In this document: positions 46,468 through 58,845 of the stretch, in pieces
Position numbering within the stretch: the stretch's first letter is position 1
Layout: each line of letters starts with the position of its first letter
Assembly: GCA_030390025.1 (NCBI GenBank)
Contig: CM059432.1
Location: 91,576,001 to 91,640,000, forward strand
Direction of reading: 5' to 3'
DNA length: 64,000 nt
From: Squalus acanthias
Taxonomy: Eukaryota
Notes under the pieces: generated by a model
Told to the model about the DNA's origin: nothing
Database searches by the model: none
What the model saw: only the letters and a program-made list of their open reading frames with translations
Made by a program: the position numbers and the translations under genes

Positions 46468-49042
46468 TTGGTTCTCTACCAAATTATTGACCTTACAATT
46501 GTCATAAGCCTCCTTTTTCTGTCTCACTTTAACTTCCTTATCTTTAGTCATCCAGGAAGCTCTAGCTTTAGATGCCCTTGCTCTCCCCCTCACGAGAGTG
46601 TGTCTACTTTATACAGAACCATCTCCTCTTTGAAGGCCTCCCATTGTTCAATTACTGTTTTGCCTACCAACTTTTGATTCCAATCCACCTGGGCCAGATC
46701 CCTTTTCAACTCACTGAAGTTAGCCCTCCTTCAGTTAAGGATTTTTACACTTGATTGTACCTTGTACTTCTCCATAAATATTCTCTATCCTGTGCTTGTA
46801 CCAGTGCTCATGTTGGTTACAGAGATGTCTGAGCAGTGTGCATTGCTGGTATTTGTGCTGGTGGAACCTTCGGGTGTTCTGGTGCAAATGATCCCTGCAG
46901 CCTAACAGTCTAACTATTTGAAGGGAGAAAGCTAAGCATTAACAGCTTTCTAATATTTTTGTCACACACAATGTTGAACAGTGCTTGATATTTTCCATGC
47001 TAATATTTTATACTATATTGCTAAATGTATTTTTATATTAGGTTAGATCTTGTGGTAACTTAAGTGGCTCACAAAGGATGATGAAATAGTTAGCATATAT
47101 TGAGACATGCAGCAGGGCATGTACATCTGCTGAAAAGGGAGGAAACATCTTTAGGCAAACCAGACTGCAGAGTGAGATAAGCAAAAGTAAGTGCAGCTGA
47201 TACAGTTTTATGTTTAGCCATAATATAGACTAAAAGTAAGAATGAAAAATTGAATAGATTAGACTGAGTCTTTAATAATGTAAGAATTAACACAATTAAT
47301 AGGAGGTATACTGGTTTAGAGATAATGGGAAAGTACTGAGCAAGAAATGTGCAGCTGAACGATGTAAGGACTAGAATGTAATAACCTTGAGGATCAATAA
47401 GAGTGAGGGCCTTGGAACTCACTGGCAAGATTAGAATTATGTCAGGAGTTGATTACTAATAGGTATAAATATGGCAAACTCCATTTTACTTTGGCACTTC
47501 GTGAGTATGGCTCATTCCATCTTGATTGCCTGACCCAGCTGAGGTGTCCCGGATTGTGAGTATGACTCCTGTCCTTATGATTTGTTACGAGTAGGTTGCA
47601 TGGCTTTAAGATCTAGCTACATACATAGTACTTTCCTATAGTTTATGTGGACTTTGGACTTAATAAAGTTATTCATGACGCTATTATGTGCTGAGATTTC
47701 TTGAACATACCGGGTGAATGCACGCACCCAGGCCAACACACAATGTCAAAGATAATTGCACAAATATTTAGTGTGCATTTGCTTTTAACAATTTGTTACT
47801 TTTTCTCTTTCCACCTGTTTTTCTCCCCTTTCTGGTCATACATCCTGCAATCAAGAAGGCACACAATGCTTTGAGTTATCCTCCCTTCCTGCTTGGAACC
47901 TCCCCACAGCAGCATAGTCAAAATAGAATGAGCATAAAACATATCATTCATTCTGTGGATTTGTGTTCCAATACAATGTGGTAACAGACGAACTTAGAGT
48001 CATATGTTAAGCATGCCTATGCGTGCCAAAGATTGTGTAACAGACTTTATAAATTGTTATATTAAAAGATATTGGCCCGGATATTGCTGTAATAATAGTG
48101 GTGAGGCTATCAGCACTACAGGGTAAATCTGACATTAACTTCTGGCATCCAGACATGTGCAGTTAAAAGCAAAAATCCAGGAGTTACTGTCAGAGACACC
48201 CTACTCCTTTAGATGCTGTTGCAGTCCTTGCCAATAGACTCAGCACTGAAATCACTGTAATGGCGTGAACTTGCTGTACTTGCCCATTAGTTCCGCACTA
48301 AAAATGGCTGAAAAAGTTAGAGCTGGTACATTTAGGAGTGAGTGAGTTTTTAATGGTGTAATGAGGGATAATTACTGCTGAACAACCTCTCTGAACCTGA
48401 AAAAATGTTTTTACAAATCTGGAGTCTCATTCCCTCACAAGAAAATTAATGTTGCAGATTTTTTTTAAAGTATTTTCAATTTTTTTTTACTTTCACTGTC
48501 TCTTTTATCTCTCTCCCTTAATCCCATCTGTATTTCCCAGTCTTTATTTTGCTTCCTGTACATGATTTAAATGTAATTTAGATTTCCTGCTTTTTACTTC
48601 TTGGTTTGGACTCTGTGGGGAGGTGGGGGTTATTTTTACTACAAAAAGCGAGTGGGTTTGGGAGCGGGTGGGTGATTAAAAGTGCTGAAATTGGCAGTGC
48701 ATCAGGAAGCCGGCTCCAACCCACCGACATCCGCATTTAACTGGAGCGCGTTCAACTGCGTGTGAGAAATGCCCTCGGGAGAGCTGGGTTGCTAATTTAA
48801 ATATGTTAAGAGGTAATTAACAGCTTTTTGAACAGGGGTTTTCAACTTTAACTGTGGGTGCACGGGTTTCCCGGGCTTCCTGGACCTCGTCAGTGAAAGC
48901 AAGGTGAGAGCACTACGGTAATTGAGGGGGGCTGAACAAGTGACAGGCAAAAAATTGCCTAAGTACTGAGACCTCATACCTGCTTCCTTGCCTAAGTGAA
49001 AGGCTTTTGCTCACAGCACTTGTTCTGAGAGTTTGCTTTTAG

Positions 49043-49140
49043 TACTTTGCAGGTGATTTCTACAACTTTGGACGTGGTTTCCACTACTTTGGAGGTGATT
49101 TTTATTACCTTAGAGGTGACTTTTACTACTTTGGAGGTTT
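49043..49140. repeat. 21-bp tandem repeat, ~4.5 copies
   Basis: ACTTTGGAGGTGATTTYYAYT units upstream of the transposase. Confidence 0.75.
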
Positions 49141-49329
49141 GTGCGTCTGATCTCCACTTTCCATCTGTCATATATCAGATCAGCATGGGTGCTGCTTGTG
49201 CTGTTTCACCTTGGACCTCAGATGAGGACCAAGATGAGCAGCAGCAGCAACACCACCAGCAGCACCAACAGGAGCAGCAGTAGCCTTCTCCTCACAGACC
49301 TGTGAGGGGTTGAGCACAGAGGTGCAGCT

Positions 49330-50259
49330 CGCAGGAGGCGATACCCACAACACACAGGGTATACAGGCAGAGGATCAGCTTCCTGGACATGACTGAACAG
49401 CAGTGCCTCAGGAGGCTCAGGGTATCACGTCAGGTTGTGGCAGACATTTGTAGCTTGCTGGAACAAGACCTGCTGCCAAGCGGACCTGGTGGACACGCGT
49501 TACCAGTGGCTGTCAAAGTGACCACTGCCTTCAACTTCTTCACCTCAAGCTCCTTCCAGGGATCTGCAGGAGATATTTGTAGGATTTCGCAGTCGGCCGC
49601 CCACAAATGCATCACACAGGTGACCAATGCCATGTTTGCCAGGGCAGGCAATTGTGTACACTTTACCACCGATGAAGCCAGTCAGAATGAGCGGGCGCTC
49701 GGGTTTGCGGCTCTGGCTGGCTTCCCACAGGTGCAGGGCATCATCGACTGCACACATATTGCAATTAAGGCACCCCCAGATCACCCAGGATCCTTATGGT
49801 TCGTGAACCGTAAGGGCTTCGACTCCATCAATGTGTGGCTCGTCTGTAATCACAAAAAAATAATTATGCATGTGTGTGCCAGATTCCCAGGGAGCTGCCA
49901 TGATACATTCGTCCTGCGCCAGTCCACCCTCCCTCAGCACTTCGCACCTCTGAACAGACTTACCGGCTGACTGCTTGGAGTCAAGGGCTATTCACATAAA
50001 ATGTGGCTGATGAGACCCCTAATGAGAAACCCAAGCAATGAGGCCCAAGAGCGCTACAATCAAAGCCAGATGACGACCAGATGTGTAATAGAGCAAGCAA
50101 TCGGGATGCTGAAGATACACTTTAGGTGCCTCAACAGATCTGGAGACGCCCTTCAATACGCACCAGCCAGGGTCTCCAGAATGATCGTGGTGTGCTGCAT
50201 TCTGCAGGAGGAGCAAGGCGCAGAGTGCAGTGCCTCTTCAGAGGATGAACAGGAGGAGG
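49330..50259 (+). pseudogene. Harbinger (HARBI1-like) transposase, disrupted
   Basis: [59 protein letters not shown]; stop at 49968 and LTR insertion in the acidic tail. Confidence 0.88.
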
Positions 50260-51729
50260 TGTAAAAGAATAAGCCATATTCCAAGAAATACATCATCCTA
50301 TGAACCGATTTTGATAACATTAATACATGACATACTGGGTTTAAAAGTCTGGAAAGCCTCAGCAACACAGGCTGCAAACACAATACAGGCTTCTGAGATA
50401 AGATGGTTTGTTAACACAAAGCTGTGAAAACAAGCTTTGAAATGGGAATTAGATTGTAAATACAGAGACAAAGCCCCTATTGAAGCAAACCAATTGGCGC
50501 TTCCAGAATGTCTAGAGTTTGGAACAAAACAATAACAATGCCCAAGTAAAGTGTCAAAATCTAACATGTCGAACAGGTGCACAGAACATTAAAAAAAACA
50601 AGAGCCTTTGAAAAAATGACATCAAGTAAAAGAAATACCTGCCGTAAAACAGTTTTATGTTAAACTTAGAAACAGGAAACAAGATTAAATATGCAATCAA
50701 TTGAAATAGCTAAGAAATGCAAAAAACACCCTGGTTGAAGTGTTTTTGATTTACAAGTTGTAAAAGGTACAAATAGGAAGGCTTTGAAAATATATTATCA
50801 ATAGATGACACCAAGCAATTATATTGTGTTTGTACGGAGTCACGACGTCTGGCTTACAAGCAGTTAAGTGATATTAAGAATTCAATAGAAAGACTTCCTA
50901 AGAATAGCATCAAATAGATCAATCGACAATAACCATAAAAATGATACGTTTTTGAAACACCTAAAGGTAGAGACAGAATTCTAAAAGTTGGCAGCTGAAA
51001 TGACAGTAAGAATAGAAAAGCATTCAATAAAGAATCACTGGAGATAATTAGTTTACATCAGCAGGAAACTTCAAAGAAAATACCACTAAAAAAAGGTATA
51101 AAAATAGAGCTTTTCAGATAGAGAGTCAGAAGTCGCTGGAAGGGCAAACGTTTCTCAACTTCACAGGCACGACCTGTAAGTTTTCAACTCTGAGTCTCGG
51201 GTAATCAAGGTATTTGATTTTGGTGGATATTCTAGATTAAGAAATAAGTAGAAGTGTGGAAATGTAACAAAGTTAAGATTTGAGAATAAGGATCTCTGAT
51301 AAGAAATGTAAGCTATTTGTATTTTGAACGGTTAAAGTCGCGATTGACTTATCAGCTGTTAACTGAATGTCGGCTCTTAAATAAATCTATATATTTTTAG
51401 AATTGTCTCAAGTAGTATTTCTGTATCAACCTCACGAACTCAATTTCTGTACACTCTTCAGAGAGGAGTTGCAGAATTCTGGGGGGTTTTCCGGACCCTC
51501 ATAATATCCGGAAGGTTACAGTCTAGTTAAACTTATTAAAAGTGCTATTCGGAGGATGGTAACATCTTCAGGCCGTTTCTTTCCTTTAGGGAGAGGTAGT
51601 CTGACCTTTAGACCCAATTAAGCGTCTCTAGGATTCGGCTACCGCTAACTTTAGTTGAAGGTGAACGTCTGGGGAATACGTCTGATCTGGGGTAGTCCGA
51701 AAGGGCTAGGACTTGTAATTATCCCCTCA
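50260..51729 (+). mobile_element. Solo LTR, 1470 bp (endogenous retrovirus or LTR retrotransposon)
   Basis: TG...CA termini, 4-bp TSD GAGG (50256-50259 and 51730-51733), TATAAAA at 51097, AATAAA at 51380; sharp compositional break from the host transposase. Confidence 0.8.
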
Positions 51730-53365
51730 GAGGAACAGGAGGAGAAGGAACGTTACGTGGCCATGGCACCAGCAACTGCGCACATTGCTGCCCGAGATGC
51801 CCGGGATGGCCTCATAATGGCAAGATTTAGTTAGGTTGCATCACTGCACCCATCTGGCAGCCACATGCTGAACCCACTTGCCCACCCCCCTCTCCCCCAG
51901 CACAAAGTAGTCCTGCAATCAACAAAGCATTCCTTTCACAGACACCCATTGCTTGGATTTAAGTCTTGTCTTACCATTCACAGGTGACAAGGCCACTTGC
52001 CCGGTAGCAGGGAAAAATGGGCAAGACGGGAAAGTGGTGCAAAGAAATAATTTTTATGTGGCTCAAAATTTAAACAGAAACTTAACATTGTAACATTGTG
52101 TAACACACCAATGGGCATATCCTTGTGCAATTACAAATCATTCATCTTCCTTTTTCTACTACTCCTACATTGTGCAATCCCTGTAGCTTCAGCAGAGGTA
52201 GAGGCAGGCTGCTCACACCCTGCTCTCATTGCTGAGATGCACTTAGCCGACATTCGTTGGGTTTTGGAGCCCGTGAGGGCCCCGCCAAATACTGCTCCAC
52301 CTGCACCTGTGCAGAGGCAAACTCAGCCATCGGGACACAAGGCAGCATGTGGGGCTCTGACTGGGGGTTGGGGGGCAACAGGTGAGAATTGGAAGCGCTT
52401 TGAGCCAAGTCCCCACTTCCATGGCCACTTTCTCCATATTCCCCCTCATGGCCCAGCCGCACTTCGCTGTTAGCAATGAGCTGGAAAGCATTTTGCTGCA
52501 CATCAGTGGGGTGCTGAACAGCCAAGGCTAGGTTTTGATCTATCTTATTTCAGGTGGCATTCATAGTGTGCAAGCCATTGGTGAGGGCCAGCATGCACTC
52601 GTTTGCTGCGTTTGATGCTCCATGCAGGTGGCCACTCTTTCCATGGATGAAGACATCATAGCAAAGGCCTGCGACATCATGCCACTAATGCTTGAGACAA
52701 CTCTTCCATTCTCTCTGCAATTGTGCACAGTGCGGCTGGAAAGCCTGCCAGGACCTCACACATTTTTGCTGCTGCTCCTGAATTATCCTCTTCGTCGACG
52801 GCCCCCAAGGTTCAGCATCTGTGTCCAGCTGAGCAGAGCTTGGAGGGTCCTGCGCCCTTCAACGCGGACTCTCGACTGCTGTCCCTGTCTCCACCATCTG
52901 CTCTTGCTCACATGTGATGTGTGAGACATCAGGTGATAACACAACTATCTACCTTACTGGTCCCACTGACGTGTGTGTATCTGAGCTGATGCATGGTCTG
53001 CATGAGTCCTGTGACGGTGCACCTTCAGAGTGAGTGACCTCTTCTGAGGAGTCGTTGTCGTCCTCTGGCACCACCTCCTGCGGAACACTTGATGGGCTTG
53101 TGGGAGACTAAAGACAGTAATTGGAACTGTCACAGTAAGAATGTTGTAAGTGAATATTATGCACATGATCATATTTCACTGGCTGCTGACATCAAGTCAA
53201 CATAGTGAGTGTTGTATGCCATGTGGCTGTGATATTTATTTCTGTCACTAGGTAACTGGGAGGCCCCCATCTCCAATTGCCAAGCTGACACGCGGCTTAT
53301 CTCCAGCACATCCTCCTCAGCAGCTATCAGTGTGGCGATGGCTGGAGGGCCACCTCTGGTTCTGT

Positions 53366-56241
53366 GGCCTAGAAATTCACTACCTTAGTGCCAAGCGTTA
53401 ACACCGGATTTCTTCAAAAATTGGCGTCCGCCTCGTTTCCGCCTGCTGACACGGCAGCTGCCATTTTGGAGAGGTCAAGAGCGCTACTAGCATTCATCTC
53501 TCCAATGCAAATGTGCAGATCGTGATGTCAATCGGCGTGTAATGCCTGATTTGATGCACGACTGCAATTTTGGATGTCACCGCACACCATATCGGCCTCT
53601 CCAAACCACGCACGGAAGAACGTGCGTGCAGCAGTACTTCAGAGACGCTGTCAGCGCTTCTTAAAAGGACACACACATCTTTCAAGTAAGTTTTGATTTC
53701 AGCTGTTGGAGTCGATTTTTTAGATTTTATTGAAGTAGTGGCTTGATGCAATATATTTAAAAAGTTGTTAAAGAGTGAAGGGAGTGTTGCTGGATGCGTG
53801 CAAGGCCTTGAATGTTAAAGGAAGGCCTCTGAGAAGACCAATTACGCACAGTCCTGGAGGGCACACGGAGATGAAGCAGAGGCATCATCTTGGCCACAAT
53901 GCTGAAATAAAAGCCACCACAAAGCAAATTTTCCAATCCAACATTATCCATATATTTTTCTTTTATTCGTTTTTTTGGGATGTGGGCGTCACTGGCAACG
54001 CCAGCATTTATTGCCGCTCCCTAATTGCCCTTGAGAAGGTGGTGGTGAGCCGCCTTCTTGAACCACTGCAGTCCATGTGGTGAAGGTACTCCCATAGTGC
54101 TGTTAGGGAGGGAGTTCCAGGATTTTGACCCAGCGACAATGAAGGATCGGCGATATACTTCTAAGTCAGGATGGTGCGTGACTTGGAGGTGAACTTGCAG
54201 GTGGCGGTGTTCCCATGCCATGTCCTTCTAGGTGGAAGAGGTCGCGGGTTTGGGAGGTGCTGCCGAAGAAGCCTTGCTGCAGTGCATCTTGTAGATGGTA
54301 CACACTGCAGCCATGGTACGCCGGTGGTGGAGGGAGTGAATGTTTAAGGTGGTGGATGGGGTGCCAATCAAGCTTTGTATTGGATGGTGTCGAGCTTCTC
54401 GAGGGTTGTTGGAGCTGCACTCATCCAGGCAAGTGGAGAGTATTCCATCACACTCCTTACTTGTGCCTTGTAGATGGTGGAAAGGCTTTGGGGAGTCAGG
54501 AGGTGAGACACTCACCGCAGAATACCTAGCCTCTGACCTGCTCTTGTTTCCACAGTATTTATGTGGCTGGTCCAGTTAAGTTTCTGGTCAATGGTGACCC
54601 CCAGGATGTTGATGGTGGGGGATTCGGTGATGGTAATGCCATTGAATGTCAAGGGGAGGTGGTTAGACTCTCGCTTGTTGGAGATAGTCATTGCCTGCCA
54701 CTTATGTGGCGCAAATGTTACCTACCACTTATCAGCCCAAGCCTGAACGTCGTCCAGGTCTAGTTGCATGCGGGCATGGACTGCTTCATTATCTGAGGAG
54801 TTGCAAATGGCGCTGAACACTGTGCAGTCATCAGTGAACATCCCCATTTCTGACTTTATGTTGGAGGGAAGGTCATTGATGAAGCAGCTGAAGATGGTTG
54901 GGCCTAGGACACTGCCCTGAGGAACTCCTGCAGCGATGTCCTGGGGCTGTGATGATTGACCTTCAACCACCACAACCATCTTCCTTTGTGCTCGGTATGA
55001 CTCCAGCTAGTGCAGTGTTTTCCCCTCAATCCCCATTGACTTCAGTTTTACTAGGGCTCCTTGATGCCACACTCGGTCAAATGCTGCCTTGATGTCAAGG
55101 GCAGTCACTCTCACCTCACCTCTGGAATTCAGCTCCTTTGTCCATGTTTGGACCAAGGCTGTAATGAGGTCAGGAGCCGAGTAGTCTTGGCGGAACCCAA
55201 GCTGGGCATCAGTGAGCAGGTTAGTGGTGAGTAAGTGCCGCTTGATAGCACTTTGCTGCTGATTGAGAGTAGACTGATGGGGCGGTAATTGGCTGGGTTG
55301 GATTTGTGCAGCTTGTAAATCAGAAGAGATTGTAGGATGAGGGCGACGTGGGATGTGAGAAAGAGGTTAATGTATGAGGATACTAGCATCTTGTATTCTT
55401 TCAGCTCCGCCGCCGACCAAGGGCTCAGCCATGCCCCTGCCAAGAATGGCCAGCACCGTGTCCTCCAAGGATGTGAGGTGAAGCTAGGAATGTGAGGTGT
55501 GCCTCATGTTTGGTACAGATTGTTGGTAGGTGGGGGTGGGTTGGTCATACATTGAGCATTGTGTGAGGCTAGTGGTACAGTTAGTAGGAGACAGCTTTTG
55601 AAGATGCATTCACTGACCTTGACCACTGGTCTGAGGTCAAGAAACATCTTTGGGCACTGGAGCCAGGTCCTGGGTGGGGCGGCACTGCTGGCAATCTGGT
55701 CCCATATCCTTCTTTCTGGAGGGACTGCTCGCCCCTGTGGGTAGAGGAACTCTCTTCCACTTTTGACCCACTGCACAATGCTTGAGTGCTGTGTGCGAGA
55801 CCAAGGGTGCCCTTTCCCTGGCCTGTTGAGCCATTTGTGTTAGTGCTGAAGCACTTTTAACATGTTTTACATATGAAAGGCAGTTCAGCTTTAAGAGCTG
55901 AAGACTACCTAGTTTGGAATGATTTTTAATGGGCTTTTTTCAGAAGGCAGTTGAGCTCTAAGGGCTAGAGACTGCCTATTTTTGAATGATTTTTAATTTT
56001 TTTTCAGAAGGCAGTTCCCTTTTAAAGGCTTGATAATGCTTTCTAAAATGATAGCCTTAAGAAAAGGCAGCCTTGCTCCAGGGACACTACAGGGATGTGA
56101 TATTGGGCCTCCTGCTGAGTGCACAGCCTGAAGCAGTGCCTTCATCGCTGGGCTGTGCGCTGAAATCATTCAAATCAGCAGGCAGCACCAAAATAACGTA
56201 CTGCCTTCGATTTTTTTACAGGCCCGAGCAAATCTCACCCC
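53366..56241 (-). mobile_element. Non-autonomous Harbinger, related to 6092-7316 and 59974-62225, in inverted orientation
   Basis: Terminus GGCCTAGAAATTC. Myb exon WLQCPKMFLDLRPVVK|gtcagt on -. 53.6-53.84 kb matches the reverse complement of 61.73-61.93 kb. Right end is approximate. Confidence 0.7.
53953..55305 (-). mobile_element. Young CR1/L2-group LINE, RT to 3' end
   Basis: SNPANYRPISLLS, AGVPQGSVLGP, FTDDCTVF, shared 3' tail. Confidence 0.88.
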
Positions 56242-57599
56242 GCGGTGGCACCGCATGTTTTCAACCTTGGCCAGTTGCGAGTCCATTCTTGCTTCCACTG
56301 TTTGCCCCACTTCCACAATTCTTCAACTGTCATCTTTGCAGTGCTCCTTTAAATACTTCAGCTGTAATAGACTCATGTGTGTTGTCAACACGCTCGCCAC
56401 GCTAATTGGTTGGGAAACCTGGAAGTCAGATGCAAGTGCACTGGCTGGGTTAAAAATCCACTGACAGACGTACTGCAGCTACTTCCGGGTTTCCCATGCG
56501 CTACTATTCCCAACGGGTCTCCAAGTAAAAATTCTGGCCTGTGTGTCTCAGTGAGGATACTTCAGTCTGATTGGTTGAAGTGCCTCACTGTTGCTTCCCC
56601 TCTTCACAGACGCCACAGGTCCCCTGTAGAGGGCACTACATTCAAATAGATACCAGATTAGAGGAAATCTCCACTGACAAGCCCGTGAAAAGTCTATGGG
56701 AAGTTATATGTGAGGTGAATGGCAAAAGCCATTCCTTCCCCACTGAGAGCAAAATTCGGACCATTGAGATACACATTACCAGACTCAGTGGTGATCCTAA
56801 TTATTTCATAGATTCCAACTCTCTGCAAGTAATCCAGAGCAAGGAAGGCAAACACTTTCTTCTGCTGCTGTCAGTTTTCTTGGATTGGATACTCCTCTGG
56901 TGGCTGTGTGAGTCTGACAGTTGAATACGATCTCCTCCTTGGCTCTATTTTTCTTTCATTCAATCTTTTTCTGACAGGTTCTTCTGATTCCAGCGATTCA
57001 ACTAATCAGTAGACTCATCCCATGCCCTATGATGTGTCCTGGAGCTAAGATAATTGATGCCCATGCTAAGAGTGACTTATCTCCTCTGCAGTCCCTCATT
57101 TACAATAAGATCTAGGTCATGCTCTGTAAAACTAGGCTTCTTCAACCTTTTCTATTAACCAGCCATTTCTTGAATAGTGATACATTGGTTAAGGGCTAAA
57201 TTTCTAACTTATAACTGTATTCTGATTTGTCATTTAATTACCTTCGGCAGGAATTGCCATTGACAGATGATACTATTCTAACTGCTTGGCAGTAAACATG
57301 TAAGATGTTCTGAGGAATACCATCCAATTTTTGGCCAGTAAAGGTGCAGTGTTCCATTACACTGGCTCTCTACCCATTGTTTGCCCCAACCCAATTCTGT
57401 CATTTCTTGCGGATGAGGCAGTGATGAGATAATGGGATGGATTTTCAGCTTGCCGCTCAAGCATAAAACAGGCATTGTGGATCAGCTGTCCCTTATAGGA
57501 GATGCCTGATTTTCATTTCCATTTCCACAGATGGGATGGGCTGAATGGCCTTCTTCTGTGCTGTAAATTTCTGATTCCATAAATCTCTGGGTGGCTTCC

Positions 57600-57845
57600 A
57601 GGAGATCAAGGCTACCTTCTCCAGCCATGGCTGATGAGGCTAGTGCACTTTCCCAGGACACTAGCTGAGCACTGCTACAAGAAGATCCATTCCTCCCCAG
57701 TGTCATAGAGCACACAACTGGTGTTACAAAGGTGCATTTCAGCTATTTGGATTCGGTCTAAAATTTTCTACATTATAGTCCAGCTAGGATCTCAAGGATT
57801 GTGATGGCATGCTGTCTGCTGAACAACTGTGCTTTAAAGAAAGGC
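57600..57845 (+). pseudogene. Ancient Harbinger transposase C-terminal fragment
   Basis: DQGYLLQPWLM ... VIEHTTGV ... RIVMACCLLNN recognisable by eye. Confidence 0.5.
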
Positions 57846-58089
57846 CTCCTCATAGATTTCCCAGAGGAGTAAGATCACCAGTGGGCTTAGCTAAAGAAGC
57901 TGCAGCAGCCTGAATGGAAAGCGGAGGATCATCTATTGCCAGCTGCAAGACACATATTTGTCAATCTGATTCAGCAGACCTTCACTTGGACACCACATCT
58001 GGCCATTACATGAACAATTCTGTCTCTTGCTTTCCGCTTCCCACCACATGTTGCTATTCTGAGAGACAGCACCTTCATGTTGATTTCTT

Positions 58090-58690
58090 TCCCATACTAT
58101 TTCTAAATTACATCAATGACTTTGATTCATAAACCCAATGCAAACTGGTCAAATTTTCAGAGGTGCAGTGGAATCAAAGGAGGCAGCTCAGAAATCACAA
58201 AATGTAAGTGGGCAGAATAACGACATGACATTTAATACAGACAAGAGTAAAGTACACTGAACATAGGAAAGAAAAATGGGACGCACACATACTCCATAAA
58301 TGGTATCAAAACAGCTACAGCTGAAGCTGAAAGAGACCTAGGAGTCTTATCAGCCTTGAAGTCAACATTTCCGAATACTGCACAAATAGAATGTTGAATT
58401 ACATAGCCAAAATAGTAGAATACAAGTCAGAGAAAATCATAATGAAACTGAATAGTGCTATAATCAGACCACAGCTTGAGTATTCTTCAGACCACACGAG
58501 CTCTGGTGACTGAAACACACGGGTTGGAGGCAGTGCAGAGAAGAGTTATGAGGCTGGTCCCTGGTGCCAAAGGTCTTATTCAAGAGGAAAGACTGTATAG
58601 GGAGCATCTGAGAAGGGATCGTGAAAGGGTATATAAGATATTAAGAAATGGAAAAGGCAAATCCGGAATACTACTTTAAATTAGCTTGCA
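58090..58690 (+). mobile_element. Old CR1 fragment
   Basis: LFLNYINDFD, ERDLGVL, LEAVQRR; heavily degenerate. Confidence 0.6.
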
Positions 58691-58845
58691 AGAGTAAAAG
58701 GGGTTATGGTAGTGTAGTGCTAATGGATTAGCAATCCAGAGGTCAGAGATTTAAGTCCCACTATGGCTAAATTGTGAAACTGAATTCAGTAAAACTGACA
58801 ACTTGTGGACTGGCAGAATAAATGGTGGATTGTTTTAAAAATCAT

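Larger units (their letters stand above)
42294..46790 (-). mobile_element. CR1 LINE ORF2 (degenerate), split by the RTE insertion
   Basis: ESQHGFVKGKLCLTNLIKFF, YMDFQKAFDKVPH, KFSDDTKL. CR1 sequence resumes after 46477. Confidence 0.88.
48617..56539 (+). mobile_element. PIF/Harbinger transposon (transposase on +, Myb-like partner on -) with nested LTR, Harbinger and LINE
   Basis: Ends share ATTTTTACT and are flanked by TGT on both sides. Transposase at 49.3-50.26 kb resumes at 51730; partner-gene remnants at ~52.1-53.36 kb and ~56.26 kb. Confidence 0.65.
48074..56762. mobile_element. Outer Harbinger-type MITE split by nested insertions
   Basis: TIRs GGCCCGGATATTGCT / AGCAAAATTCGGACC (12/15 match), TSD ATT on both sides. 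Confidence 0.7.

Noticed and set aside
49389..49970. Domesticated host HARBI1 gene (also the 9.9-10.9 kb copy)
   Set aside because: Stops, frameshifts, TIRs and nested insertions mark both as dead transposon copies.
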